Source of the DNA: a virus
Lineage: Duplodnaviria > Caudoviricetes
Length of the DNA: 56,300 bases
IMG/VR virus record: IMGVR_UViG_3300029442_000006
Span: 1 to 56,300 of that record
Strand: one strand, 5' to 3'
The translations under genes were made by a program, and so were the position numbers. Of the stretch, positions 9,606 to 18,508 are shown one piece after another (positions within the stretch are counted from its first letter, which is position 1; every line of letters starts with the position of its first letter). Below the pieces are notes generated by a model that was not told where the DNA came from, did no database searches, and was given only the letters and a program-made list of their open reading frames with translations.

Positions 9606-10079
9606 TTAACCCTTAGCGGAGTCCACGCCGGCGTGCAATGCGACCGCCAACTTGACGAGCGCATCCTTCTTGGCTTCAGGCGCGTACTTCCCGCCCTTCT
9701 TCTCAATGATCAATTTCAGAGTTTCTTCATCCAATTCTTCAAAAGCCATCGTCTTGGCTTTGGTGATTTCGCGCTTCTGAATGCTGGTGAGCCGGTCTTG
9801 CCGGTTCCAAATCCCACGAGTGCCAACTGTTTTCTGAACCTTGCAGTCCTTGAATTGTTGGCTGTCCTCGATGATTGTCGCGAGTTCTTCCGCCGTGCTA
9901 TCACGGAACGTGCCATCGTCCTTTTTCTGCTTCACCATCGTTTGCAGAAACTTGTTTCCCGTGTCCAATGTTCCAAACACCAACCCGGTCAAGTCATCCT
10001 TTTGAGGGGTGAAGTTAAGCATCCCGTTATCCGTCGCGATGCCATAGCTGCCACTTGCTGCTTCATATACTTTTGCCAT
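9606..10079 (-). CDS. Hypothetical protein with C-terminal HeH/Rho-N-like motif
   Basis: ELDEETLKLIIEKKGGKYAPEAKKDALVKLA; such genes commonly follow capsid genes. Confidence 0.55.
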   Translation of the reverse strand: MAKVYEAASGSYGIATDNGMLNFTPQKDDLTGLVFGTLDTGNKFLQTMVKQKKDDGTFRDSTAEELATIIEDSQQFKDCKVQKTVGTRGIWNRQDRLTSIQKREITKAKTMAFEELDEETLKLIIEKKGGKYAPEAKKDALVKLAVALHAGVDSAKG

Positions 10080-10113
10080 TGCTACTCTCTCCGCCTTTCT
10101 TTTTTTTGGTTGT

Positions 10114-10146
10114 GAGAAAGGGCGGCTCCGGTGAAGGAACCGCCCC
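10114..10146 (-). terminator. Probable intrinsic terminator hairpin
   Basis: GGGCGGTTCC-TTCACC-GGAGCCGCCC followed by TTTCT on the minus strand, just after the 10159-10569 stop. Confidence 0.5.
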
Positions 10147-10158
10147 AGTCTCAGTTGA

Positions 10159-10569
10159 TTAGTTGCCCCATTCAGACCAGATGAACGCCGCTGTTACGTT
10201 GGTGTTGACACTTCGAGCCGAGATTGGCCCGTTATATCCTTCCCCAAGAAACAACTGCTCACCGGTTCCCGCCGGGATGGTAATATCTGCAACATCATTG
10301 GTCGTGTACTTTGAGCCTAACCTCAGCCCCAACTGACCGGGGCCGCTGTTATAGACGTTGACGGATATGCGGAACCCCGAACCAGCCGAGTAAGAACCAA
10401 TGACTGCTGTGACATTGGTCGCGTCTAACGACGCAACCGCTGTCAAATTGGTTCCGTGACTGATTCCGACGATTCGCCCTTGAGCTTCGACTTTGGGAGC
10501 CAAGCAAAGAGCGACGATAACGCAGACGACCATTGCGACTGCGCTGATGATTTTGAATGCTTTCTTCAT
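10159..10569 (-). CDS. Putative capsid decoration protein with signal peptide (136 aa)
   Basis: Directly follows the major capsid gene; MKKAFKIISAVAMVVCVIVALCLAPKVEA|Q; beta-rich body (VYNSGPGQLGLRLG...IPAGTG). Confidence 0.55.
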   Translation of the reverse strand: MKKAFKIISAVAMVVCVIVALCLAPKVEAQGRIVGISHGTNLTAVASLDATNVTAVIGSYSAGSGFRISVNVYNSGPGQLGLRLGSKYTTNDVADITIPAGTGEQLFLGEGYNGPISARSVNTNVTAAFIWSEWGN

Positions 10570-10648
10570 TTTTAGATTTCCTTATGTTTATGTTTTGGTT
10601 GCAGGGCTGGACGGGGTTTAGTCCAACCAGCCCTGTTCACCATGTTGT

Positions 10649-11815
10649 TTAGGCTTCTGTTCCGAGCGAGGAGGCTCCATGCAGTAACATGCAGGACTTC
10701 TCTTGGATTCGGAGGCCGAAGTCCGTATAGATGTCCCCGATGGTTCCGTCGGTCGTGAGTCCGTTTTCTGGAGTGAGTTTCCGCTCCAGCATCCATTGAC
10801 GGGTCTTGGTCTGCTGATCGCGGGTCGTCACGATTTCCAGTGCCGCCGGGTCAATAGCCGCCATGACATCGGAGCAGTTGTTTGAGAGGTGATCCACAAT
10901 CATCAGTTTCCACGTCTTCCCGCACATCCGGAAGGAGGTGATGTTGATGTTGAGAATGTTCTCATACACCGGCGTGATGTTGCCCTTATTGAACACGGCG
11001 CGATCAAACAACTCGCTACCGAGCCGGCTGACAAAGAGCCAAACGGTGCTGGAACGCATAAACCGGGTTCCCTGCGTCATCGCCGTCCGGAGCTTGTTGA
11101 TCGTGAACTGATTACTGCCGAACCCGCTGACGTTCGTGGTAATCATGTTCATGACGCCGCCGGTCTTGTACAGGGTGTTCCCTTGCGGGCCGGTGGTCTG
11201 CGCTTTGGCGTTGAACCACAAACCACGGTCAATCCCGCGCTTGTGTTCGTACATCGCCTGTTCGCGGTTGTGATAACCGCGTGCGCCGCCGTAGAACTTC
11301 ACGGTCTCAACCCATCGGCTTTGACCGTAGGTGTCCCAAGCGTTTTCGGCAAAGTTCGTGACTTGTGCCGGAACGCGCGAAACAACCGACGGACGCTGCG
11401 CCAATTCCTCGACCGCCGCCGAACCGAGATTCGGAATCGAACCCACGGTAAAGCCGGTGTTGTTGTCGAGGGTGACTTGACCGGTCGCGTAATTGACCGC
11501 CGTGACTAGGGCCACGGTCTGCCAATCCACGCGCAAGGTCAAACCGGGGCGAATGTACTTCACGTCATCCGCCGAAACGGTGATGTTCACACCGTCATTG
11601 GCTTGCGTCACCACGGTCACATAACCGGGGTCTTGGTCTTGAATGTTGATGCGGAACTCACGGTCGTCAACCGTCACGCGGTTGAGAGCCATAAGCAGCG
11701 TCAAGATTGTGGTTTCTTCGGGGCGGTACTTGAAAATCTCATTCGAGATGTCCAGTGGCCGCATCCCTGCTGGGGTTGTCGTCAGATATGCCTGACTGTT
11801 TACTGGTGCTGGCAT
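10649..11815 (-). CDS. Major capsid protein (388 aa)
   Basis: Follows the scaffold gene; strong codon bias; motifs DISNEIFKYRPEETTILTLL, EHKRGIDRGLWF, TGGVM and YTDFGL resemble podoviral HK97-fold capsids. Confidence 0.8.
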   Translation of the reverse strand: MPAPVNSQAYLTTTPAGMRPLDISNEIFKYRPEETTILTLLMALNRVTVDDREFRINIQDQDPGYVTVVTQANDGVNITVSADDVKYIRPGLTLRVDWQTVALVTAVNYATGQVTLDNNTGFTVGSIPNLGSAAVEELAQRPSVVSRVPAQVTNFAENAWDTYGQSRWVETVKFYGGARGYHNREQAMYEHKRGIDRGLWFNAKAQTTGPQGNTLYKTGGVMNMITTNVSGFGSNQFTINKLRTAMTQGTRFMRSSTVWLFVSRLGSELFDRAVFNKGNITPVYENILNINITSFRMCGKTWKLMIVDHLSNNCSDVMAAIDPAALEIVTTRDQQTKTRQWMLERKLTPENGLTTDGTIGDIYTDFGLRIQEKSCMLLHGASSLGTEA

Positions 11816-11870
11816 TGTATTTTCCTCATGTCTTTCTGCTCAATCGTTCAGCGGGATTCGGGTGCTTACC

Positions 11871-13193
11871 TCAAATCGGGCCGGGTCGTGCGCCTGTGAG
11901 CGCGGAGATGCCGGCAAGGTCGGTAACACTTCCACCCTTGCTACCATTCCCCATGTCAACGTAAGTCGGTTCTGCGCCGCCGCCGGGGATTGCCCCGAAT
12001 TGAAGTTTGCCGGTAATATCATTCCGACCTGCTTCAAACGACTTGACTTGAACCTCTTTCAGGATTTTACCGAACCGATTGACCTCGGCTAATGCTCGCA
12101 ACACCTTGAGCCGGGATTCCCCACGGATTGCGCCCTGTAAGGGACGGCCATCCGGGGTGTGCGTCGGGCCAAGCAACGAGTTCCACGCCGAAACCGCCGG
12201 CTTGTAGTAGGTCTCATAATCCGGAGACTTCTTGAGTTCCGTAATAAACCCTTCCACGAGCCGCTGATTTTGAGCGGTTTCTTGCTGTTGTTGCTGCTGA
12301 CGGTAAAACGCCTGCTGCTGTTCCTGTTGTTGACTGGCGAGCTTCCAAGCGGATAAGTCCGTATCCAGCTTTCGCCGCGCGGCAGGATAGCCTTCAATTT
12401 CTTGCAGCTTCTCATCGAAAGTCAGTTCGTCGCCCGGCTTCACCGTGTTGACGTACTGCTCCATCCATGCGCGTTCGAGTGCTTCTCTGGTATCTGCGAC
12501 CTGAGCATTCACCGGAACCACCTTCAGGCCAACTTCGGCTAAGGTAGATTCAAGTTCGAGCTGTGGTACAGCACGGGCAAACTCGACCACTGCATTGGCA
12601 GTTGGTCGTATATTGCCGCTTTGCGGGTCTTTGATAAACCGCTTACTGATTTCGGAGACACCTTGCTTGTAGGCTTCAACCTCTTTTCGGAGCGTGCCGA
12701 TCTCTTGCGACCGCCGCCCGATGAACGACTGAGCGTTTGTTAATTGTTGTTCCAGAGATGCCTTACCATCCGGGTTGATGACTTTTGCCATCTGCTCCGG
12801 AGTGGTGGGTAACTCTGCTTCTTGGGTTGCAGGAGTGGTCGGAGCGGGAGCCGTAGGCAAGGCCAACGCGCCAATCTCTTGCAGGTACTCTTCACCGGGG
12901 AGCTTGGCGGCTCCTGCGGCTGGGTCTGCTTGTCCATCCGGTGCGGTCTGACCGGCGGGTGCCGGAACCGTTCCGTCTGGCGATGCTGCCGGAGTAGCTT
13001 CGGGCGCAGGCTCAAGTTGCCCTTGTAGTGCGTAGTCACCTAAAACGGAAACCGCTTTAGCGGTGACGGACGGTTCTACAACCTGAGTGGGTGTACCGGT
13101 GGGCTGAGTTAGCGGCGACGGTGAAGCCGCCGGCTGAGTCGGAGCCGGTTGCGCGGGTGCTGCCACTGTCGGCATAGTTGCTGTATCTGCCAT
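11871..13193 (-). CDS. Capsid scaffolding protein (440 aa)
   Basis: Acidic, Pro/Ala-rich N-terminus; coiled coil AQSFIGRRSQEIGTLRKEVE; immediately upstream of the capsid gene. Confidence 0.7.
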   Translation of the reverse strand: MADTATMPTVAAPAQPAPTQPAASPSPLTQPTGTPTQVVEPSVTAKAVSVLGDYALQGQLEPAPEATPAASPDGTVPAPAGQTAPDGQADPAAGAAKLPGEEYLQEIGALALPTAPAPTTPATQEAELPTTPEQMAKVINPDGKASLEQQLTNAQSFIGRRSQEIGTLRKEVEAYKQGVSEISKRFIKDPQSGNIRPTANAVVEFARAVPQLELESTLAEVGLKVVPVNAQVADTREALERAWMEQYVNTVKPGDELTFDEKLQEIEGYPAARRKLDTDLSAWKLASQQQEQQQAFYRQQQQQQETAQNQRLVEGFITELKKSPDYETYYKPAVSAWNSLLGPTHTPDGRPLQGAIRGESRLKVLRALAEVNRFGKILKEVQVKSFEAGRNDITGKLQFGAIPGGGAEPTYVDMGNGSKGGSVTDLAGISALTGARPGPI

Positions 13194-13289
13194 TTTCGAT
13201 TTCTTTCTTCTCCGCCATTCTTTCTTGGTTTTGAAACAGACTCGCGAGTAAGGGCGAGCTACCTGCTTCGTGATTGCTCACTGCCAAAT

Positions 13290-13366
13290 TGGTAGCGGGA
13301 GATGAAGTTGAATCATCAGTCTCCTGCGTATGAAGCAGGCGTGTTACCGGGTTACACCATCCCGCA
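13290..13366 (-). tRNA. tRNA with CAT anticodon (Met; initiator-like 1:72 mismatch), encoded CCA
   Basis: TGCGGGA/TCCCGCT-A-CCA acceptor; D-arm GTGT/ACAC; anticodon arm CCTGC-TTCATAC-GCAGG; T-arm GATGA-TTCAACT-TCATC; 77 nt. Confidence 0.9.
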
Positions 13367-13377
13367 GTCTTAAATTT

Positions 13378-13791
13378 TCAATGCAACGCCGCCGGACGGA
13401 TTGCCGCCGGCTTCTCGCGCTGCTCACGTTGTTGCTCTTGTTGCTCCACGGTTCGCATCAGATTTTCCGCTTCATTCCCAGCGTGAATCAATTGGGCAAC
13501 CTGTGCAAGTGCGTCCTGAACTCCTTGAACACGGCCTTTCAATTCAATCCCTTTCGGCCCGGAGAACTCCCCGACATCCATCCGCACTAAGCTCTCCTTA
13601 TGCCCCCGCACCACTTCCGCTAAATGCTCCCGAAACACCTTCCACTGCGGTAACTGCACAAGCTCCAAAACCGAGTCCCGCAACGCAACTCGCTGGCGTA
13701 ATACCTCGTCCGGAATCTCCGTCGCCACATCTCCTGACTTGCCGCGCATCAATCGCCCTGCCGCCGCTGTCAGTTGTGGTAAAAACCTCAT
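13378..13791 (-). CDS. Hypothetical head-module protein (137 aa)
   Basis: Helical LVQLPQWKVFREHL...KGRVQGVQ pattern typical of small genes between portal and scaffold. Confidence 0.6.
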   Translation of the reverse strand: MRFLPQLTAAAGRLMRGKSGDVATEIPDEVLRQRVALRDSVLELVQLPQWKVFREHLAEVVRGHKESLVRMDVGEFSGPKGIELKGRVQGVQDALAQVAQLIHAGNEAENLMRTVEQQEQQREQREKPAAIRPAALH

Positions 13792-14034
13792 TTAGTTTCC
13801 GCCGCTATCTCCGCCACCAAGCTGGCGGGCAATCATGTCTGACTCGCCGCCCCCGCTGCCGAACTTTGGCAAGCTCTTAGTGTTGACATTCAATCCGGAC
13901 GGCTCCGCCGCCACCACCTTGAGCTTCGCTCCGCATTGCGGACAAGCGCAGCCACCTCTTAGATCGGCCTCCAATGGAGCAGGGGAGGGTGTTGGTTCGT
14001 CTTGCAATCTTGGATTTGGATTTAGATTAGGCAT
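13792..14034 (-). CDS. Small Zn-ribbon-like protein (80 aa)
   Basis: CACPQCG; AAAGGA RBS; abuts the next gene. Confidence 0.55.
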   Translation of the reverse strand: MPNLNPNPRLQDEPTPSPAPLEADLRGGCACPQCGAKLKVVAAEPSGLNVNTKSLPKFGSGGGESDMIARQLGGGDSGGN

Positions 14035-14053
14035 GTTTTTCCTTTGGGTTAAA

Positions 14054-14245
14054 TTATAGAACCGCTGTGGCCACGCGCTTACGGACTTTGTTCGTTAAAG
14101 CTGGCCCTTTACTGATGATGCTTCGGGTGTTCACCTTGCCCGCGCTGCCTTGAAAGTTTCCCTTTGGGCCTTTGCAATGTTTACAATCTGCAACCCGCGT
14201 TTGTCCGAGGATATAGTTCGGGCCTTTGTATTCAGGTTTTCCCAT
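14054..14245 (-). CDS. Small basic protein (63 aa), first gene after P2
   Basis: ATG 11 nt after the sigma-54 motif; Lys/Gly-rich; CKHC. Confidence 0.55.
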   Translation of the reverse strand: MGKPEYKGPNYILGQTRVADCKHCKGPKGNFQGSAGKVNTRSIISKGPALTNKVRKRVATAVL

Positions 14246-14256
14246 TGTGCTATTCC

Positions 14257-14278
14257 ACTACTGCAACTTCCGGGCCAA
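14257..14278 (-). promoter_or_regulatory. Sigma-54 late promoter P2 (head of the scaffold/capsid/tail module)
   Basis: TTGGCCCGGAAGTTGCAGTAGT; intergenic. Confidence 0.88.
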
Positions 14279-14286
14279 GCGACCAG

Positions 14287-14709
14287 CTACGGCATATTGA
14301 CTACCGCCTTGTCATACGTCTCCCACGAAATCCCAAGCTGACGGCAAATCAATTTCTCAATCTTGGTGGCAAATTTATGCTGCCGACGGTAGGGGGCTTT
14401 CGGGTGATTACCGGGTTCGGCTGTGCTGGAGTGTTTACCCACTTCTCGATCCTGCTCAAATTTTATATCAAAGTCCGAAACTTCGGCATCTGTAATCCCT
14501 TCTCTCAGGCAAAGGTACGCCTCAATCAATTCGTGGACAGCAACCATGAACTCGTAATCCGCATTATTCATCTTGGAAACACGGACATCCAAGCGAATGC
14601 AATCTTTGCCATCTAAAAACGGAATCCAATCACCGACCGTCGGGTATCTGTGGTTCTTGTGATCAATCGGATAAACCAACAAGGAAGGCATCTGTTTTTG
14701 AGTTTTCAT
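14287..14709 (-). CDS. Putative zincin-like/metal-binding protein (140 aa)
   Basis: RYPTVGDW...VAVHELIEAYLC...EPGNHPKAPYRRQH; HExxE motif; TAATG-coupled to the ATP-grasp gene. Confidence 0.55.
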   Translation of the reverse strand: MKTQKQMPSLLVYPIDHKNHRYPTVGDWIPFLDGKDCIRLDVRVSKMNNADYEFMVAVHELIEAYLCLREGITDAEVSDFDIKFEQDREVGKHSSTAEPGNHPKAPYRRQHKFATKIEKLICRQLGISWETYDKAVVNMP

Positions 14710-15956
14710 TAAAATTCAATCCCCAATTCTGCCGCCTTCTCAAAGGCGTCTTCGGCCTGCTTCACCGCCGCTTCTTGAATGTCCACATCATGTCCAGAAA
14801 TCATTTTAGACACTTCCTTGATCGTCGCTTCGCACTCTTTCAGGCTCTCACCCGTTGCGATAACGTCACCGATCTCAATGCTTTCGTGAGGCTGGGGCGC
14901 AATCCACAATTCGTCATTCACCTTGACTGCGTTAGAAAACGCCACATATGGCCATGCTTCCTTCTCGACATCCACCTTGACCCAATGTTTCGCAGCGTAA
15001 GGACAATGTATCCGCGCCAGCACAGCATATTTTGCCGTCGGTTCAGGAACCACAAGCCGACCTTCCGCGCCGGCGTAGATGATTTCGGATAGATTCGACC
15101 AGAGCTTGCCGTAACACGGGCCGGGCGGGATCGGCATCCGCACTGTCATGTCAATCAAGTAGCCCTTGCGGTCATCCTCAGCCACGCGAAGCTCGTTCGA
15201 ATAGAACGTCGCGCCGCCTAACTTCTTAAACGCCGGAGCCACCCCCGCGTTGCAATCTCGAACGGTTTCCCACAAATCAGGATAATCAAACACCCGCCCA
15301 ACGTAGCCGCAGTCTTTAACCTCAATCCCAGCTAACACCCGCGACGGGTACTCCCCATTGATTACCCACGTGTCGCAACCAATCTCAACACCATCAATCT
15401 TTTCTTCCGCCAAAAACTTAAACTCTTCACGGAACGGCCCTAAACCATTCAGCAAATCAATCTTCAACGTCTCAAAATTGGCCGCCTTGAATGTTTCGCG
15501 GAGTCCGCGATAGCGAGACAGCTTGATAAAAGTCTCCGGATGCTTGGCGCAATACCTTTCCAGTGCTTCCATGCCAGTGATCTGTTCGGTTCCCGGTGTC
15601 GGCATTCCTCTATGACTTTGCAGGTTGCGAATCAACCAGCGGTCGAGTTCTAATTTCTCCGAATCTCCAGCCCCCCACACTCGCCGCCCTAGCCGCCGCT
15701 GTTCATTTGCCCAACTTCCAAAATAATTGTCCGGACAAATAATCAGTTCAGTGTCGTCTAGGTAGTCGTCAAGGTCTTCCACCCGCTCAATCTCGTTAAA
15801 GCCTGAGCCAATGGCCGCACCCTTAATGTCCGGGAAAGCCGTCGCCCACGGCGTCCAGTAGCGCACCTTGCCAAAATCTTGCGCCAGCCGTAACGCCAGC
15901 CAGAGGTTTAACCCGTGATCAACCAGAAGGCAGGATTTTTTGGAAAAATCCATCAC
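14709..15956 (-). CDS. ATP-grasp ligase, distantly PurD/GARS-like (415 aa)
   Basis: SEKLELDRW, FIKLSRYRG, FLAEEKIDGVEIG and LIDMTVRMPIP follow the ATP-grasp motif order; ATGA-coupled to the portal gene. Confidence 0.7.
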   Translation of the reverse strand: MMDFSKKSCLLVDHGLNLWLALRLAQDFGKVRYWTPWATAFPDIKGAAIGSGFNEIERVEDLDDYLDDTELIICPDNYFGSWANEQRRLGRRVWGAGDSEKLELDRWLIRNLQSHRGMPTPGTEQITGMEALERYCAKHPETFIKLSRYRGLRETFKAANFETLKIDLLNGLGPFREEFKFLAEEKIDGVEIGCDTWVINGEYPSRVLAGIEVKDCGYVGRVFDYPDLWETVRDCNAGVAPAFKKLGGATFYSNELRVAEDDRKGYLIDMTVRMPIPPGPCYGKLWSNLSEIIYAGAEGRLVVPEPTAKYAVLARIHCPYAAKHWVKVDVEKEAWPYVAFSNAVKVNDELWIAPQPHESIEIGDVIATGESLKECEATIKEVSKMISGHDVDIQEAAVKQAEDAFEKAAELGIEF

Positions 15957-18079
15957 CGCTCCGGTACCCCGCCGGGACTGCGTGGAATCTTGGTCGCCAT
16001 CCCGCCAAGCCCTTTCAAGCTTTCCAGCGCGTGTTTCTTGTCGTTCTCGCTCGACTTGTGCGCGTTCTGTAAGCCGATTTGTTCCGGCTTGGAAGCTCCA
16101 CCAACTCGCGACGGGATTAAGCCACCAGCCTTTTCAAGCTGCCGTTGTGCATCGGGCGGTAAATCTTTGTACTTCATGGAAGCAACCACCGCCGGCGGTG
16201 GGTGCGGTTGCGAATCCATCATCGCCTTTTTCTTCGCAAATTCCTCGTCTGTGAGTAAGAACCGCTCGGCGGAGTCCAAGCCCAAGCCTTCCACAATCTC
16301 GCGCCAGAGTTCTTGCTGCTTAATCCTCGGCGCAACCTCCGGCATCGCCTGAGCCATCTGCCCAGCCTGCGCCAGTAATGACGCGCGAGTCTTAGTGTCC
16401 ACCGTCCGGTTGACACCCAACACCTCCACATGCCACCGCCCTTGAATGTCTTCCGGAGTAACCTCCACCCAATCCTTGAAGCCACGAGCCATTAAAACCT
16501 TGTTTTGTCCGATAATCTTGAGCTTTTGGGGGACAGTCATCACCTGCTGGATGTCAGCGCAAATCATGTTCAGCCCGTCTTCGATCCCCTGCTCGGCCAT
16601 CAAAGCGGTAAAACTCTTCGCCTGATTCGAGGCCGAGAGAAGCTGTTGAATCCCGCCTAACGTCTCCGTTCCTTTGCCTAATCCAGAGTCACCAGCAATT
16701 CCCCGCGAATAGTCCGGCGTCGCTCCCACCTTCGCAATGCTCAATCGCGCCCGTTCCATTGATTGCCAAACATCAGGCGGAACATTCGGTGCTTTCCAGT
16801 CTAGTATGCCTGCCACGCGCCCCACACGAATGCGCTTGCCCGGCTCACGAGTCAAATCCGCCAAATCCTCCACACCAGCATCATGCTCAACCAAAGTCAT
16901 CGGATTACGCTGCTGCTCCATCATATCGGCGGATAGGTTCGTCAGGACGTTGAGCTTGCCCTGCAAATCTTCCAATTGCTCCGGAATCCCTCGCGCCTGC
17001 CAAACCTGTGGTGAACGCGGCTTAAACTTAATCTCCGAATACGGTTTCAGCCCGTGGTAATGTGGGTTCGCCATCTCTTTGAGTAGAAACTTGCGATCCC
17101 CAATAATCATAATCTTATCGCAGCCGTAACCCAGTGGGCCGGATTCGCTATAAATCAACAATTCGGCATACTTCACCGCATTCTGCCCGTACACCTCATT
17201 TCCACCACCGCGTACATCATAACCAACCGCCGCCAACCGCTCGTAAAGGTCAAAATGTCTTTCCGACCACTCGCCTAAGGCGTAACCTTCCGTCCGATCC
17301 AGCGCGAAAAAGCCTTCCATCTCTTCGGTGTGTTGGTAGCCGGCAATCTTTCCCAACGCCTGAACTTCCCGCAGCGGAAGGATTAACCGCTCGATGAAGT
17401 ACGGCATCTCCTGAATGGTCGCACCGGTCGCCGCCGGGTAGCAATCAAAGCGCGAAATCACCCGCGACTTCGGCCATGCTTCAAAACTTTGAATCGTCTC
17501 GCGCTTCAACCCAATCTTGATACCGTATTCGGAACCGGCAATGATTGGAACATTGCGAGTCGTCCGTACCATCTTCGGTTGGACAATGTGCCGCTCTACG
17601 CCATTGCCAAAAAAGGTCGCCTCTTGCGCCTGATAGAACTTCGCCATCTTGTACTTGACGTGTTCGTTCAAGACGTAACCCATCACCAACTGCATCATCT
17701 CGCGCTCGACTTGGCCTTGATCATCCTTCGCCTTGACGTTATGCACCACGTCTTTAGCGAAAATCGGAGCCATAATTGTCTCAATGTTTTCCCATGCGAC
17801 ATTGGAAGTCTCTGGCTCAAAGAACCTCGACCAAAACGGCCAATCCCCCGGCAGAATGCTATTCACCTGCATCCAGTGGCCGAGCGCAGCCTCCTTAAAC
17901 GACCGATCAAACCGCTCCGAGACTGCCATCCGCTCCAAAACGTATTTCACCCGCGCATCTTCTTGAACCCGATTATTGCGCGGAGCCGTTAAAACAGTCG
18001 CGCTCAACGTGGAAAATGAAGCCTCCGGACCGTCGCCGGGGGCTGTAACAGGGGCAGCATTGAGTGTGGTGGTAGGCAT
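15953..18079 (-). CDS. Portal protein (708 aa)
   Basis: Size and position after TerL; motifs FFGNGV, NPHYHGLKPY, RGIPEQLEDLQ...N and ETLGGIQQL resemble P22-type portals. Confidence 0.85.
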   Translation of the reverse strand: MPTTTLNAAPVTAPGDGPEASFSTLSATVLTAPRNNRVQEDARVKYVLERMAVSERFDRSFKEAALGHWMQVNSILPGDWPFWSRFFEPETSNVAWENIETIMAPIFAKDVVHNVKAKDDQGQVEREMMQLVMGYVLNEHVKYKMAKFYQAQEATFFGNGVERHIVQPKMVRTTRNVPIIAGSEYGIKIGLKRETIQSFEAWPKSRVISRFDCYPAATGATIQEMPYFIERLILPLREVQALGKIAGYQHTEEMEGFFALDRTEGYALGEWSERHFDLYERLAAVGYDVRGGGNEVYGQNAVKYAELLIYSESGPLGYGCDKIMIIGDRKFLLKEMANPHYHGLKPYSEIKFKPRSPQVWQARGIPEQLEDLQGKLNVLTNLSADMMEQQRNPMTLVEHDAGVEDLADLTREPGKRIRVGRVAGILDWKAPNVPPDVWQSMERARLSIAKVGATPDYSRGIAGDSGLGKGTETLGGIQQLLSASNQAKSFTALMAEQGIEDGLNMICADIQQVMTVPQKLKIIGQNKVLMARGFKDWVEVTPEDIQGRWHVEVLGVNRTVDTKTRASLLAQAGQMAQAMPEVAPRIKQQELWREIVEGLGLDSAERFLLTDEEFAKKKAMMDSQPHPPPAVVASMKYKDLPPDAQRQLEKAGGLIPSRVGGASKPEQIGLQNAHKSSENDKKHALESLKGLGGMATKIPRSPGGVPER

Positions 18080-18087
18080 GTTTTATC

Positions 18088-18318
18088 TCAAAGATTCGGC
18101 TTGAGCTTGTGGCGGTGGATTAACCAACAGAGCCATGCGCTCAATCGTGAGGGGTGTCCAAGACAACCGATTTTGCACTGCTCAAAAAACGTAAAATACG
18201 TCCAACGATAGCCATGTGTAAATTCCACCAACTTAGCCTGACGCTTCAACCCTCCCACTGTAATCCGCCTCGGCAAGGGCAACGCCACCGCCAGAATTAG
18301 CAGACCAAACAGCTTCAC
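18088..18318 (-). CDS. Hypothetical protein (76 aa)
   Basis: GTGA overlap with the upstream small ORF; fills the gap before the portal. Confidence 0.45.
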   Translation of the reverse strand: MKLFGLLILAVALPLPRRITVGGLKRQAKLVEFTHGYRWTYFTFFEQCKIGCLGHPSRLSAWLCWLIHRHKLKPNL

Positions 18319-18476
18319 AGCGACCTCGCGATAGATTCTTGCTGGTTTAATACTCCGCCACTCCCGCCACCAGAGACGCGCGGACGCTTATTCGTCGGAA
18401 CAACCGAAGAAGGGCGGGGGAACTTCCGCTTGCGATTCGGGATTTTAGTGCGGTATTTGACTGTCGGTTTACTCAT
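18315..18476 (-). CDS. Small basic protein (53 aa, MSKPTVKYRTKIPNRKRKF...), first gene after P3
   Basis: Translated by hand (below the track cutoff); ATG 10 nt after the sigma-54 motif; stop overlaps the next start. Confidence 0.55.
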   Translation of the reverse strand: MSKPTVKYRTKIPNRKRKFPRPSSVVPTNKRPRVSGGGSGGVLNQQESIARSL

Positions 18477-18486
18477 CTATGTATCA

Positions 18487-18508
18487 ACTACTGCAACTTC
18501 CGGGCCAA
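18487..18508 (-). promoter_or_regulatory. Sigma-54 late promoter P3 (portal module)
   Basis: TTGGCCCGGAAGTTGCAGTAGT, identical to P2; intergenic. Confidence 0.88.

Noticed and set aside
14709-15956. purD auxiliary metabolic gene
   Set aside because: Only generic ATP-grasp motifs; the PurD N-terminal GxGGREH motif is absent; head-module context
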